A DNA stretch of 64,000 nucleotides, taken from Myxococcales bacterium (lineage in GTDB: Bacteria > Myxococcota_A > UBA9042). The translations under genes were made by a program, and so were the position numbers. Below, piece by piece: positions 49,820-58,974 of the stretch (position 1 is the first letter of the stretch; every line of letters begins with the position of its first letter). Location: the NCBI GenBank assembly GCA_002726535.1, contig PBTG01000079.1:9615-73614 (forward strand). The letters run 5' to 3'. The notes under the pieces are model-generated. The model did not search any database and was not told the origin of the DNA. It saw only the letters and a program-made list of their open reading frames with translations.

Positions 49820-49841
49820 TAATTCATACGCAACCAATCCG

Positions 49842-50030
49842 ATGACCTACGTCACTCAGCGCCAGTTCCACTCAGTCACCAAGAACGGTGTTTCGATGGG
49901 CATGGTTTTCATCGACCGCGAGGCGGCTGACAAGAACGCCGAGAGCATGAACAAGATCTGGAAGGGACAGCACACCTGGGGCGTCATCTCCTGGAACGCC
50001 GACGACTGCTTCACCAACGAGAACGCTTGA
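49842..50030 (+). CDS. Hypothetical early protein (internal ATG of ORF 49782..50030)
   Basis: Downstream of the promoter/operator at 49791-49819. Followed by the terminator at 50049-50075. Confidence 0.4.
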   Translation: MTYVTQRQFHSVTKNGVSMGMVFIDREAADKNAESMNKIWKGQHTWGVISWNADDCFTNENA

Positions 50031-50048
50031 AACCTGACACACGCCCAG

Positions 50049-50075
50049 GAGGTCCTAGAAGGGGCCTCTTTTTTA
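50049..50075 (+). terminator. Rho-independent terminator ending the early plus-strand cassette array
   Basis: GAGGTCC-TAGAAG-GGGCCTC followed by TTTTTT. Confidence 0.55.
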
Positions 50076-50105
50076 TGGGTGCTTGTTCTTACACGAACAA
50101 CCCTC

Positions 50106-50426
50106 CTAAGGCTCTTCTCGGTCCATGTAGGGGGCTCTCAGCCTCATCTCTCCGCCAAGCAGGGTCGCGCCCTCTTTTTTCTCCGTGAATTTGAAGTCGG
50201 CCGATGTGTCATCAGCGTCCCATTGCATTCGAAGCTGTTCGGTCTGGTGATCCACGCCGCGCATGACTAGATCGGTGCGCCAATCGGCCCAAACGTCGAG
50301 CCAATTGCTGACGATCATTTTGAGCCATCTGTTGTTTTTGTATTTACCTGAATTCCACAGGCGCCAGATCGTTTCGACCGTCAGCGCCTGAAGCAGCTCC
50401 TGCCAGGTGAAGACCCGCGAGCTCAT
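50106..50426 (-). CDS. Hypothetical Trp-rich protein
   Basis: ORF track. Confidence 0.35.
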   Translation of the reverse strand: MSSRVFTWQELLQALTVETIWRLWNSGKYKNNRWLKMIVSNWLDVWADWRTDLVMRGVDHQTEQLRMQWDADDTSADFKFTEKKEGATLLGGEMRLRAPYMDREEP

Positions 50427-50603
50427 TTGTCGGTGTGGGATTTATGGGGGAATACCTCGCGAGCCATGGCCAAAACCTGCTCGACGATCCCGTTCCCTTT
50501 GAGCGGGGTATAGGGGAGGACCTCGCTCACGACGAGGAGGAGCAGTCCCAGAATTGCAGCGGTTTCCATGAAAAATGGAGCGATATTCGCGTCAGGGTTC
50601 CGA

Positions 50604-50891
50604 TCACTTGATCAGTCGGACGTCGTACACCCGAAAAACCTCGGCGACGATTCGATCGACGTCTTGAGGGCTGAGTCCCTCAGGTTCCAGATCGAGATAA
50701 TCCCGAACAACCATCTCAGGGCTGAATGCGATTCCGGCGCCCAAAAACATCTGGTCAAGACGCTTGCAACAGGGGGCCACGTAAAGGCTTAGCAAGTTTT
50801 GCCCGATCTTCCGGGCGACAGGTTCGACGATCGACTTGTTAATGACCAACGCCCCGAAGCCACCGAGGAGGCTGTAGACAAAGCTCTTCAC
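50604..50891 (-). CDS. Hypothetical protein
   Basis: ORF track. Its start overlaps the upstream gene end. Confidence 0.3.
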   Translation of the reverse strand: MKSFVYSLLGGFGALVINKSIVEPVARKIGQNLLSLYVAPCCKRLDQMFLGAGIAFSPEMVVRDYLDLEPEGLSPQDVDRIVAEVFRVYDVRLIK

Positions 50892-51283
50892 TCCTCTTCC
50901 TCGTCCTCGAAAGTCACATCAACGGAGACACCAGCGCCTAGGACGAGGCTCCCGAACCACTCAGCAATATCGTCATTTTCCCAGCCGTGGTCCTCATAGA
51001 GCGCGTTTGCCGCGACCTCGAGAGCTGGCCCATGTGACTCATCGAATCCGCCGGTCTGCTCGGCTTCCGCCTTGACAGAAAGAGTTGACCTCAGCAGCTC
51101 GAGCTCCACGAGGTCATCCCACTGATCCCCAAGCGCAACATCAAAACGCAGCCTCTCAGGGTCGATCCTGGAGAGGATTGCACGCATCAACGATGAGAAT
51201 TGTTCGGTGAATTTTTCAATATCTGCCAAGCCTTTTTCTGAGATCCAGATGGCCACCTGATAGGCCCTGCTCGGTTCGCTCAT
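50888..51283 (-). CDS. Hypothetical acidic protein
   Basis: ORF track. C-terminal EDEEEE. Translationally coupled to the primase (ATGA overlap). Confidence 0.35.
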   Translation of the reverse strand: MSEPSRAYQVAIWISEKGLADIEKFTEQFSSLMRAILSRIDPERLRFDVALGDQWDDLVELELLRSTLSVKAEAEQTGGFDESHGPALEVAANALYEDHGWENDDIAEWFGSLVLGAGVSVDVTFEDEEEE

Positions 51284-52821
51284 GGTGTAGCTCCTGCTGT
51301 TGGAGTCTTCCGAGAGAGCCGCTCAATGCTCTCGACGGTGTCGGATATTTCGCGCTCGGCATTGTTCCTGATATGAGACAGCACCTCAGGCACTGGCGAC
51401 AGCAAGGACCGCAGCTCATGGAACTCGTCCTCGGGTAGCGAACGAATAGCGGAGCCGAATACGGCCGAGACAAGGCCAGGCTCAACAGATGCCTCGAGGT
51501 AGAGGATCAGATTCCACGCCAGGTAGTACGGAGGAACCTCAAAAGTCATTCCACGCAGGCTGTCCCGCGACTGGGGCAACAGCAGGTAACAACGAACCGC
51601 CCTCCTCTCAACCCACTTGCGGGCGTCACGCTCCTGCTTAGTGACCACGGGAGCGGCGGGCCTGACCTTGGGAGCTTGGCCCAGGATTTCAGCCGCTCGG
51701 CGCTCGACGTAGGCGCGTTGACCGCCGACAGGCAGGACTGAGAGAATGCGCTTAACGCCACGCTCCGCGACCTGGACCGACTCGATGTCCTCGAGATTGA
51801 CTTTGCCTAGCTCACGACCCAACCACCACTTCACCCAGTTAGGAGCCGAGGCGATCATCTCCTTCATGACGTCGACACCCTTCTCCTGGGTCACGCTGTC
51901 GGGGTCTTCACCCGCAGGCATGGACAAAATGCGAAGGGTGATCGTCTCCGATAAGACCATCTCCCTGAGTTTCTCGAGGGCCTTGTAGGCAGCCTTCTCT
52001 CCAGCAGCGTCACCGTCGAAACACAGGGTGACGACCTTTGCTCCACAACGCCGAACCAGGCTGTTGATCTGGTCATGGCTTAGTGCTGTGCCAGAACATG
52101 CGACCACGTTGGTCAGGCCTTCTTGATGCAGCTTGATGACGTCGAACTGGCCCTCTGTGATGACCACCTCGCGAGACTTGCGGATCGACTCAGCGGCATG
52201 ATCAAGGCCAAAGATGAGCCTGGATTTGTCGTACAAAAGGTCGCTAGGAGAATTCTTGTATTTGGGCATCTGGCCAGCCAGGGCACGGCCGGTGAATGCG
52301 ACGGTTCGGCCCTGGACATCACGCAGGGGCACCATCAACCGATCACCCGTGAAGCCGAGACCCCAAGCTTCCGCGGTTGCTTTGCTGATGCCACGCTCCT
52401 TCAGGTAAACGCAGGCGTCCCGATTGGCGAATAACTGATCAGCGAAGAGCTTCTCCTGCTGCTCACGCTTCACGTACAAGAGATGGCGCTGCTTCTGCTC
52501 TTCCTTGAATCGCTCAGAATTCTCGTCGTTCTCGTGCTCGATCTGGATGTTGTGCCGCGAAGCGATGCGCTCGATGGCCTCCTGAAAAGTCAGGCCCCGA
52601 TCCTGCAGCCAGCCCAGGGCATCGACACCGTGCTGGCAGACGTGGCAGTAGGCGAAGTTTTTTTGTGGGCTGATCGATAGAGAGGGTTTGCGGTCCTCGT
52701 GCCAGGGGCAGTGGGTCACATACTCGCGGCCCATGCGAGTTAGCTCGACGCCCTCCATCGCGTCGACGATCGAGGCCTTTTCTTTGACGTGATCGATTGT
52801 TCGCTGGCTGATGCGTGGCAT
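51280..52821 (-). CDS. dnaG: DNA primase (DnaG-like: zinc-binding domain + TOPRIM)
   Basis: N-terminal CPWHEDRKPSLSISPQKNFAYCHVCQHGVDALGWL is the DnaG CHC2 zinc finger. VVITEGQFDVIKL (E-G-x-x-D) and CFDGDAAGEKAA (DxD) are TOPRIM motifs. Confidence 0.85.
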   Translation of the reverse strand: MPRISQRTIDHVKEKASIVDAMEGVELTRMGREYVTHCPWHEDRKPSLSISPQKNFAYCHVCQHGVDALGWLQDRGLTFQEAIERIASRHNIQIEHENDENSERFKEEQKQRHLLYVKREQQEKLFADQLFANRDACVYLKERGISKATAEAWGLGFTGDRLMVPLRDVQGRTVAFTGRALAGQMPKYKNSPSDLLYDKSRLIFGLDHAAESIRKSREVVITEGQFDVIKLHQEGLTNVVACSGTALSHDQINSLVRRCGAKVVTLCFDGDAAGEKAAYKALEKLREMVLSETITLRILSMPAGEDPDSVTQEKGVDVMKEMIASAPNWVKWWLGRELGKVNLEDIESVQVAERGVKRILSVLPVGGQRAYVERRAAEILGQAPKVRPAAPVVTKQERDARKWVERRAVRCYLLLPQSRDSLRGMTFEVPPYYLAWNLILYLEASVEPGLVSAVFGSAIRSLPEDEFHELRSLLSPVPEVLSHIRNNAEREISDTVESIERLSRKTPTAGATP

Positions 52822-52869
52822 TGAGGGGCCGGGTTGTTTGAATTAGAATGCTGATCAACTAAGCTATGA

Positions 52870-54522
52870 CTACAAACAGACCGGGCGATCGCTATCGATA
52901 TAGCAGTGGTCACGGTTAAAGCTGAGGATCGATTCATTGACTGTGATCTGCTTGTCCTGGACTCGCTGACCGTTTCGAACCTTCCCGTGGATCAGGTTCA
53001 CCAGGCCCCGGTCGAACTTCTCGCCGGCTTCCAGGTCTGGCTTTTTGAACTCCATCAGCCACACAGCGGAGGCCAATTGGGCCAGGGCGTCGGTGCCGTT
53101 GATGTGGATGGCTTGAGGGCCTTTGGGATCGTCAGCAGCTCCACGGTTTAACTGGCAGAGCAGGAATAGATCGACCTCGCATTCCTTAGCGGCGCCGTGG
53201 AGGATCTGAGCCCTGACTTCCATCTCCTGACTGCGGTCGCGTGGCCCCTTGGCCGTAGGACGCAGGGCATGAAAATGGTCCAGAAAGACTGCGGAGATGG
53301 AGGGGTCTTTTGCTTTTGCGGCGCGGAGCACCTCGACGAAATCGTCAGCCTCAGCAAGAAATTGGCAGTAGCTCTGAAAGTTCCCGCCGCCGAGCAGTTT
53401 GTCCTCTTGCAGGCAGTTCATCAGATGTAGATAAGCGGCGCTGATCGTCTCTGTCATGCCGATTTTTCCGCGACCCTCGAGGCGCCACTGAGGCAGAAGG
53501 CGGACCATCTCCTCAGGCATCCGGCCGACGCTCTGCAGGTGGCGGGCGTAGTGAGCCAAGAACCTGGCCCCAATCTCTTTCTGATTCAGCTCGCAAGATA
53601 GAAATAAAACATCCGCGCCATTAGCGACCAGGCCGGCAGCGGCTGCAATCGCGAGCGTGGACTTACCCACGCCGGTCCTTGCTCCTATGAGGTGGAGCTT
53701 GCCCGCGTCGTTTTGCTTAACGCCTCCCTGAATGTCCATGTCGAGGGACATGATCCCGGTGCTAACTGGCTCGCAGTGCTCCTTGGTCATCTCCTGCTCG
53801 ACTTGAAACCACGCATCCTCAGCCGAGGCGAATGCGTAGCTATTGCCGATCCGACCGGAGAAAATATCGCGGGCTTCTTGCAGCTCAGCGGTGCATTGTT
53901 CGAGAACCTCGGTCACGTCGACCTCACGCTTGACGCTGCGAATCAACGCCTCGCCTAAGCGGCTGACCTTTTGGCGACCCCAACGAGTGCGGAGAATCTC
54001 GGCAGAAATCCTGAAGTCAGAAGCCGGGACGCCATCGACCTCGAGCTCGATGCCCTGGACCGCACGGGCGAAGTCTTGAAGGGAGGCCGTTGAGATCTTG
54101 CTTTCGATCTGCTCTCGCAGGGATTCGATCAATGCGGCGCCATTGATCAGTTGAACGGAACGGCGGTTCCGGTAGGTGGCGTCGATCTCCTGAGCGACCC
54201 ACTTCGCGTCCTTGTCAGTCCACAGGCTCGAAGGCAGTTCGTCGCTGTACTGCAGACCTAGGAGAGTTCTGAATTCACCCCACTGGTCTCTGTGGTCATG
54301 CTTGCCAGCGAGACAGAAACCTAGGACTAGACGTTCTTGATCTCCGGTACTAGATGCACCGGACTCCTCGCGGCGCTGTTGGCGGTCCTGTTCGAGATTG
54401 GCCTGGACCTCTGCGAGGTTCGCGACTGGCAGCCCTTGCTCGTTGAGTTCGAGGTTCCCCTCGGCGACCGCCTTGTCGATCAGGTTGGCGGCCCAGTCGA
54501 ACTGTTGTGGATTGAGTGTCAT
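52870..54522 (-). CDS. dnaB: DnaB-family replicative helicase
   Basis: Walker A LIGARTGVGKSTLAIAAAAG in a RecA-like C-terminal domain. Total length ~550 aa. Adjacent to the primase. Confidence 0.7.
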   Translation of the reverse strand: MTLNPQQFDWAANLIDKAVAEGNLELNEQGLPVANLAEVQANLEQDRQQRREESGASSTGDQERLVLGFCLAGKHDHRDQWGEFRTLLGLQYSDELPSSLWTDKDAKWVAQEIDATYRNRRSVQLINGAALIESLREQIESKISTASLQDFARAVQGIELEVDGVPASDFRISAEILRTRWGRQKVSRLGEALIRSVKREVDVTEVLEQCTAELQEARDIFSGRIGNSYAFASAEDAWFQVEQEMTKEHCEPVSTGIMSLDMDIQGGVKQNDAGKLHLIGARTGVGKSTLAIAAAAGLVANGADVLFLSCELNQKEIGARFLAHYARHLQSVGRMPEEMVRLLPQWRLEGRGKIGMTETISAAYLHLMNCLQEDKLLGGGNFQSYCQFLAEADDFVEVLRAAKAKDPSISAVFLDHFHALRPTAKGPRDRSQEMEVRAQILHGAAKECEVDLFLLCQLNRGAADDPKGPQAIHINGTDALAQLASAVWLMEFKKPDLEAGEKFDRGLVNLIHGKVRNGQRVQDKQITVNESILSFNRDHCYIDSDRPVCL

Positions 54523-54557
54523 GGAATGAGAAAATGCTGTCGAGATTCGAACAGTGA

Positions 54558-55424
54558 TCAGCTATTGACAGGCCCTAAGCCGGCGGCGATCAGACTGGCC
54601 TTGTGTTCGTCGAGGACCTCATCGGAGAGGTCCGGACGCTTATAGCTCCAACGTGTCCCCGTCCAGTGGAGAAATTCCTCGGAGGGATGCTGAATGCCGG
54701 GCGCCATCACCTCGGAGGCGTCCAGAAAGTCGGCCCACTCGAACATCCTCCAGCCGCTGACGCCGAGCTCCTTGTGACGTTTGTCGGCGGAGATTAGGCA
54801 GAGAATGCAGTCACTGACGGGACGCAGACCCGCACCCTGTCGCGGGTACTGGTTCCGGTAGAACTCGGGGACTTTGCTGAGCGCTGACGCAAATGTTCCG
54901 AGGAACTCATCAGGACCGCCCGCGTAGTTAATGCCCTCTTGGAGTCGCGTCCCCATTTTGGCGAGGTTCGAACGCCGGACCAATTGGGGCCAGGTTTTAG
55001 GGGCACTCTGCTGATAGATGTCCTGCAGTTGAGACCAGATGCCGGCGAGGTCTGTGCTCTCAGGCTCCTCGATTACGGGCTGAGCGGTCCCCGTTTTTGT
55101 AGTGGGGTCTATAGCAGCGGGCTCGGCTTCCTCGACGGGACTGCACTGAGTGGCCACATAGGTCAGAAACTCAAAATATCGCTTGTTTGGTAGTTCCGTT
55201 CGACCAATGCGAGGGCCGCCAGGCTTGCGCACTCCCCTCAGGAAGCTCTGGATGCTCCCAGCCTTTTCAGTCTGGCCGCGCACATAAACCCCATGCGCTT
55301 GGGCCATCAGGAGGACATCTTTGATGTCTGGCTTCTTAGCCTTGCCCTCAGCCTCGTAGATGGCGCTAACGAGCGCTTCCATCTCCGCGAGATACCCATC
55401 AGGGAAAAACCAACTCTCACTCAA
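54558..55424 (-). CDS. Hypothetical replication-associated protein (possible initiator/helicase loader; TTG start, alt ATG at 55382)
   Basis: Sits between the iteron cluster and the helicase gene. No recognised motif. Confidence 0.3.
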   Translation of the reverse strand: MSESWFFPDGYLAEMEALVSAIYEAEGKAKKPDIKDVLLMAQAHGVYVRGQTEKAGSIQSFLRGVRKPGGPRIGRTELPNKRYFEFLTYVATQCSPVEEAEPAAIDPTTKTGTAQPVIEEPESTDLAGIWSQLQDIYQQSAPKTWPQLVRRSNLAKMGTRLQEGINYAGGPDEFLGTFASALSKVPEFYRNQYPRQGAGLRPVSDCILCLISADKRHKELGVSGWRMFEWADFLDASEVMAPGIQHPSEEFLHWTGTRWSYKRPDLSDEVLDEHKASLIAAGLGPVNS

Positions 55425-55525
55425 AGTTTCTGTTCGAATGCTTATAACCTACCCACGTTGTCCCTTTAGTTAATTGCTCTTTCTCTTCTATTCTCTCTTC
55501 TATTCTCTATACATATAAGTGTAAA

Positions 55526-55603
55526 TGGACATTTCATCCACAATCGATGGATAAAACGTCCAAAACTTTGGACAAAACGGCCATGACTATGGACAAAATG
55601 TCC
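55526..55603. repeat. Iteron cluster: 3 x 14-bp direct repeats TGGAYAAAAYGKCC at 21-bp spacing plus a degenerate fourth copy
   Basis: TGGATAAAACGTCC 55548-55561, TGGACAAAACGGCC 55569-55582, TGGACAAAATGTCC 55590-55603, and degenerate TGGACATTTCATCC 55526-55539. Flanked by an AT-rich stretch CTCTATACATATAAGTGTAAATGG and pyrimidine direct repeats TCTCTTCTATTC x2 (55470-55505). Confidence 0.6.
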
Positions 55604-55625
55604 ACGATTTATTGAGCAGAACAGC

Positions 55626-55787
55626 CTAGAGCCTGCCTTCCTTTTCCCATTTCTGAGCCAGTCGATAGAACGTTGATCGACTGATCAATGGCGCGAGCTG
55701 TTTCGATATTTCGAGCAGGGTCGCACCCTCGGCCAGGGCCTCCCTGGTAACCCCGATAATTCGCTGTTCGTACCGCTCCCAGTCCAT
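55626..55787 (-). CDS. Small HTH DNA-binding protein (53 aa; below ORF-track cutoff)
   Basis: Minus-strand translation MDWERYEQRIIGVTREALAEGATLLEISKQLAPLISRSTFYRLAQKWEKEGRL has a canonical HTH (ATLLEISKQL..ISRSTFYRL). The overlapping listed ORF 55609..55956 is an alternative frame with a less protein-like translation. Confidence 0.4.
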   Translation of the reverse strand: MDWERYEQRIIGVTREALAEGATLLEISKQLAPLISRSTFYRLAQKWEKEGRL

Positions 55788-55888
55788 GCCTGTCTGTTTC
55801 GATCACAACCCCCATACCCTTCCTGTTCGAACGTTGACAATTGAGGAGCGCAGGGCTACGGTCAAAACAAGCTTTTGTGGATCCCCCT

Positions 55889-56617
55889 ATGACAAACCAC
55901 ACAAATAACAACAGCATCGGCGACCAGCGCAGAGAGGTCGGCCGTAGCCATTTCACTCAAGTTTTGGGATTCATGCTGAAAGACGTCAGCCACCCTGAAA
56001 TGGCGTTGCTGGCCGATTGGGCGACGAACGAGCCTGGCTGTCTCCACACATCACAGCTCTCACATTTGAGGAACGCCCGCATGAAAATGCTCGGGGTGAA
56101 AAGTCTGGACAGTTTGGGGCGAATCAATACGTCGATTCATGCACTGAAGACTGATCGGAAAGGCTCATTTCGAGCAATGGATACCGCAACCACCACGGCA
56201 CGCATAGAAGAAATCGTCGAGCGTTTCGACCCGGTTCTGCACCCTCAGACAGGACTGCCTCTCGATGCTGGCGATTTGATGATGGTTTATCTCGGCTATC
56301 TCGAGCTTCCTGAGTTGGTGCCGGCTGCTGCTGTCGGCGACCAGGCCATGGCGGAAGCTGCCTCAAAAATCGGTAGTTGGGTTGAAGAGCTGCTCAGCGA
56401 GCGCGGTCTCAAGTTCCGAGACGGCTTGCAGCTCATCAAAGACAAGTGGACAGGATCTGACGCGGGAAGGGATTTGTTTTGTCAGGTGGTGGCCGGGATG
56501 GCTGAATACACCACCGAACAGCTCAGGGTAGATCTAGAACCCATCGCAGCAACGATCTCGAGCCTCATCGATGAGGACATTGTTGCGGCAGACATTGTGG
56601 AAATGGTTAACGCCTGA
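55889..56617 (+). CDS. Hypothetical protein (first ATG of ORF 55841..56617)
   Basis: Divergent from the HTH gene. No motif. Confidence 0.35.
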   Translation: MTNHTNNNSIGDQRREVGRSHFTQVLGFMLKDVSHPEMALLADWATNEPGCLHTSQLSHLRNARMKMLGVKSLDSLGRINTSIHALKTDRKGSFRAMDTATTTARIEEIVERFDPVLHPQTGLPLDAGDLMMVYLGYLELPELVPAAAVGDQAMAEAASKIGSWVEELLSERGLKFRDGLQLIKDKWTGSDAGRDLFCQVVAGMAEYTTEQLRVDLEPIAATISSLIDEDIVAADIVEMVNA

Positions 56618-56659
56618 ACCGATGGGGTAGACTATGGGGAATCAAAACCGATTGCCCCT

Positions 56660-57586
56660 ATGACTGATTCCTGGTCAGACAAGCAAAAAAAGCTGGTCTT
56701 CAACACGGTCGCCATTGGCCTCTCACCGGCTGATCAAGCTCTGTTCGAAGCCGTATGTCTCTCCTCCGGTTTAGACCCTCTCCGCAAAGAGGTCTACGCG
56801 GTAGTGAGGGGCGGCAAGATGTCCATCCAGACCGGAATCGACGGTTACCTGAAGTTGGCTAACCAGACGAAAGAGTTGAACGGAATGGAGGTCTTGTTCT
56901 TCGATGAGAACGGCAGCGAGTCAGAGGTATGGGTCAAGAAGACTCCCCCTGCTGCTTGCTTGGTCCGTGTTTACCGCAAGGGCGCCGCCTATCCGTTCAC
57001 CGCCTCGTGTCGGTTCGAGGCTTACAGCCAGAACAACAACATGTGGAGGAAGTTCCCCGAGACGATGCTGGCCAAGGCCACGACGACGCTGGCCCTTCGC
57101 AGGGGGTTCGCTGATGTCATCTCAGGAATCGCTTCCTCAGACGAGCTCTCGCAGGCTGGTTTAGCGGCTCCTGAACTGTTAACCCAGGGCACACCTGAAG
57201 AGCGCCCCCTCGCACCAACGATCACAGCCCCAAAGCCTGGGACTCCATCGAAGCGCCCGCCTATAGCAAAGAAGGTCCCTGCTGCGGCGGCTGCCAAGGC
57301 GTCTGAGCCAAACATCGACGCAGCAGCAGAGAGCCTGGCCAAAAGCACGGGCGGCACCGTTGTCAATGCTTCAATCAATGAGAAGCCAAAGACTCCAGGC
57401 AGGGACGACCTTCAAGCCGTCGCAGAAGAGTGCGGACTAACTGCATCAGCAATCGAAGGGATTCTCGGCCTGATCAGAAATGACTTCGCTTCAGGGATTG
57501 CAACGATCCAGCAAAAATCCGTCGACGAGATCGCCGCGTTGAACAAAAGGTTCGCTCCTGCATCGGCCAGCCTTGAGAATTGGTAA
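56660..57586 (+). CDS. recT: RecT-family single-strand annealing protein
   Basis: SIQTGIDGYLKLANQ...MWRKFPETMLAKATTTLALRRGFADVISG is the conserved RecT core (cf. ..MLAKKAES.ALRRAFPD..SG). Confidence 0.8.
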   Translation: MTDSWSDKQKKLVFNTVAIGLSPADQALFEAVCLSSGLDPLRKEVYAVVRGGKMSIQTGIDGYLKLANQTKELNGMEVLFFDENGSESEVWVKKTPPAACLVRVYRKGAAYPFTASCRFEAYSQNNNMWRKFPETMLAKATTTLALRRGFADVISGIASSDELSQAGLAAPELLTQGTPEERPLAPTITAPKPGTPSKRPPIAKKVPAAAAAKASEPNIDAAAESLAKSTGGTVVNASINEKPKTPGRDDLQAVAEECGLTASAIEGILGLIRNDFASGIATIQQKSVDEIAALNKRFAPASASLENW

Positions 57587-57612
57587 CGCCTGTCGAGTTA
57601 CGAACACACACT

Positions 57613-57638
57613 GCCCAGGACTTGCCTGGGCTTTTTTG
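57613..57638 (+). terminator. Rho-independent terminator after recT
   Basis: GCCCAGG-ACTTG-CCTGGGC followed by TTTTTTG. Confidence 0.7.
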
Positions 57639-57770
57639 TTGCTATGAGTGTGTTTTGGGCGACTTAAGTACACCGCTGGGAATAAAAGATACACCCCCCT
57701 TGCACGCCTTGACTGCAGGGGGCATCATCAGCGAGTTGAGGAATTATCTATCACCTCACCAGCAACCTCG

Positions 57771-57989
57771 ATGAACCATGCCGACCTGTTGTTTTTCCTT
57801 GTCGGGAATTTGCCCTCTGGGCTCGACCCCGTCACGGCTCAATCAATCAGCAGCAGCAACGTCTTTGACGCTGATGATGCGCTAGGCATTAGCTGGGAGA
57901 TGCTGCACTACAGCACTCAGGAGGAGATCGCCAGCGATGTCTCTCACCTCCTAAACGGGATGGATGAGCTGCTTGGTTTTTTGGCTTAG
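57771..57989 (+). CDS. Hypothetical protein (internal ATG of ORF 57648..57989)
   Basis: ATG at 57771 lies downstream of the terminator at 57613-57638. Confidence 0.3.
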   Translation: MNHADLLFFLVGNLPSGLDPVTAQSISSSNVFDADDALGISWEMLHYSTQEEIASDVSHLLNGMDELLGFLA

Positions 57990-58027
57990 TCCAATTACGA
58001 TTCGAACAATTACTACCCAGAAATCAA

Positions 58028-58924
58028 ATGACTAAAACTAAGCTTCATGTCCCAAGTTCGGTCGATCAATTTTTCAACTCGATGGGCCGCTATAAAGTCC
58101 TGGAGCCTGCTCTGGTTATCGAGCTTGCCCGGAAGGTCCAGGCTTGGAGGCAGCACCCGGACGGCCCTGACGATTGTCCGCTAGTCGTTAAACGTCTGGG
58201 CTTGGCAGCGCGAAATAAGTTGGTCGCCCACAACCTTCGTTTAGTCGTAAGGATTTGGCGGGACTGTTACGCCATGCGCGTGACAGCAAAAGATCCCGGT
58301 CTCGCTGATATGTTTCAGCTCTCTGCACAGCAGTTGGTTCGGGCCGCTGAGTTATTCGATCCACTTAAGGGGCGCACTTTTTCAACTTATGCCTCAACGT
58401 GGATCCATAAAGGAATGAAAGAATTTATAGGTGGGCAGCGCCGAACGGTTCGAATCCCGTTGAGTCATTATTTCATTATCAAGGCGGCTCTACTTATCCA
58501 GAGCAATCGCTCTGCGGCCGGCTTGCCTAAATTGTCCATGACAGAGCTAGTGGATGAGATGTCGCAAACTCGGCAGGTTATGCCGACGCCAGAGCAGCTC
58601 GGCGATTGGATTCGGTGCCACGATCTCACTGATCTCAGGTCGTTTTCCGAACGCATCGGGGATGAGAAAACTGAGCTAGGTGATTTGATTGCCAGCCGTC
58701 AGACCGAGGGCGATGACGCCAACGACGCGGTCCAGCGTGCTCGTGATGCCATGGCCGATCTCACGACCATTGAGCGTCGCGTTGTCGAGAAGATGCACCT
58801 GCGGGGCCGTGGTTCGATCGGGTATCGAAGCTGCGCCAAAGTGCTAAAGATCTCTGAGCTTCAGGTCCGCGCTGCAGAGGCCAGGGCTTTCGATCAGATC
58901 AAACTCTCAATCTCGGTAGACTGA
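58028..58924 (+). CDS. Sigma-70 family RNA polymerase sigma factor
   Basis: Region-2-like VAHNLRLVVRIWRD..AELFDPLKGRTFSTYASTWIHKGMKEFI (cf. DLIQEG..GL..A..KFD...G..FSTYA.WWIR) and region-4-like IERRVVEKMHLRGRGSIGYRSCAKVLKISELQVRAAEARAF. Confidence 0.8.
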   Translation: MTKTKLHVPSSVDQFFNSMGRYKVLEPALVIELARKVQAWRQHPDGPDDCPLVVKRLGLAARNKLVAHNLRLVVRIWRDCYAMRVTAKDPGLADMFQLSAQQLVRAAELFDPLKGRTFSTYASTWIHKGMKEFIGGQRRTVRIPLSHYFIIKAALLIQSNRSAAGLPKLSMTELVDEMSQTRQVMPTPEQLGDWIRCHDLTDLRSFSERIGDEKTELGDLIASRQTEGDDANDAVQRARDAMADLTTIERRVVEKMHLRGRGSIGYRSCAKVLKISELQVRAAEARAFDQIKLSISVD

Positions 58925-58974
58925 TGCTGTCCGGATTCGAACCGGCATAAATTAACACCCGATTCAAAAACAGC

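Noticed and set aside
55609-55956. Listed 115-aa minus-strand ORF over the ori-adjacent region.
   Set aside because: Its translation is Arg/Gly-rich and not protein-like. An alternative 53-aa frame (55626..55787) gives a textbook HTH protein, which I prefer.
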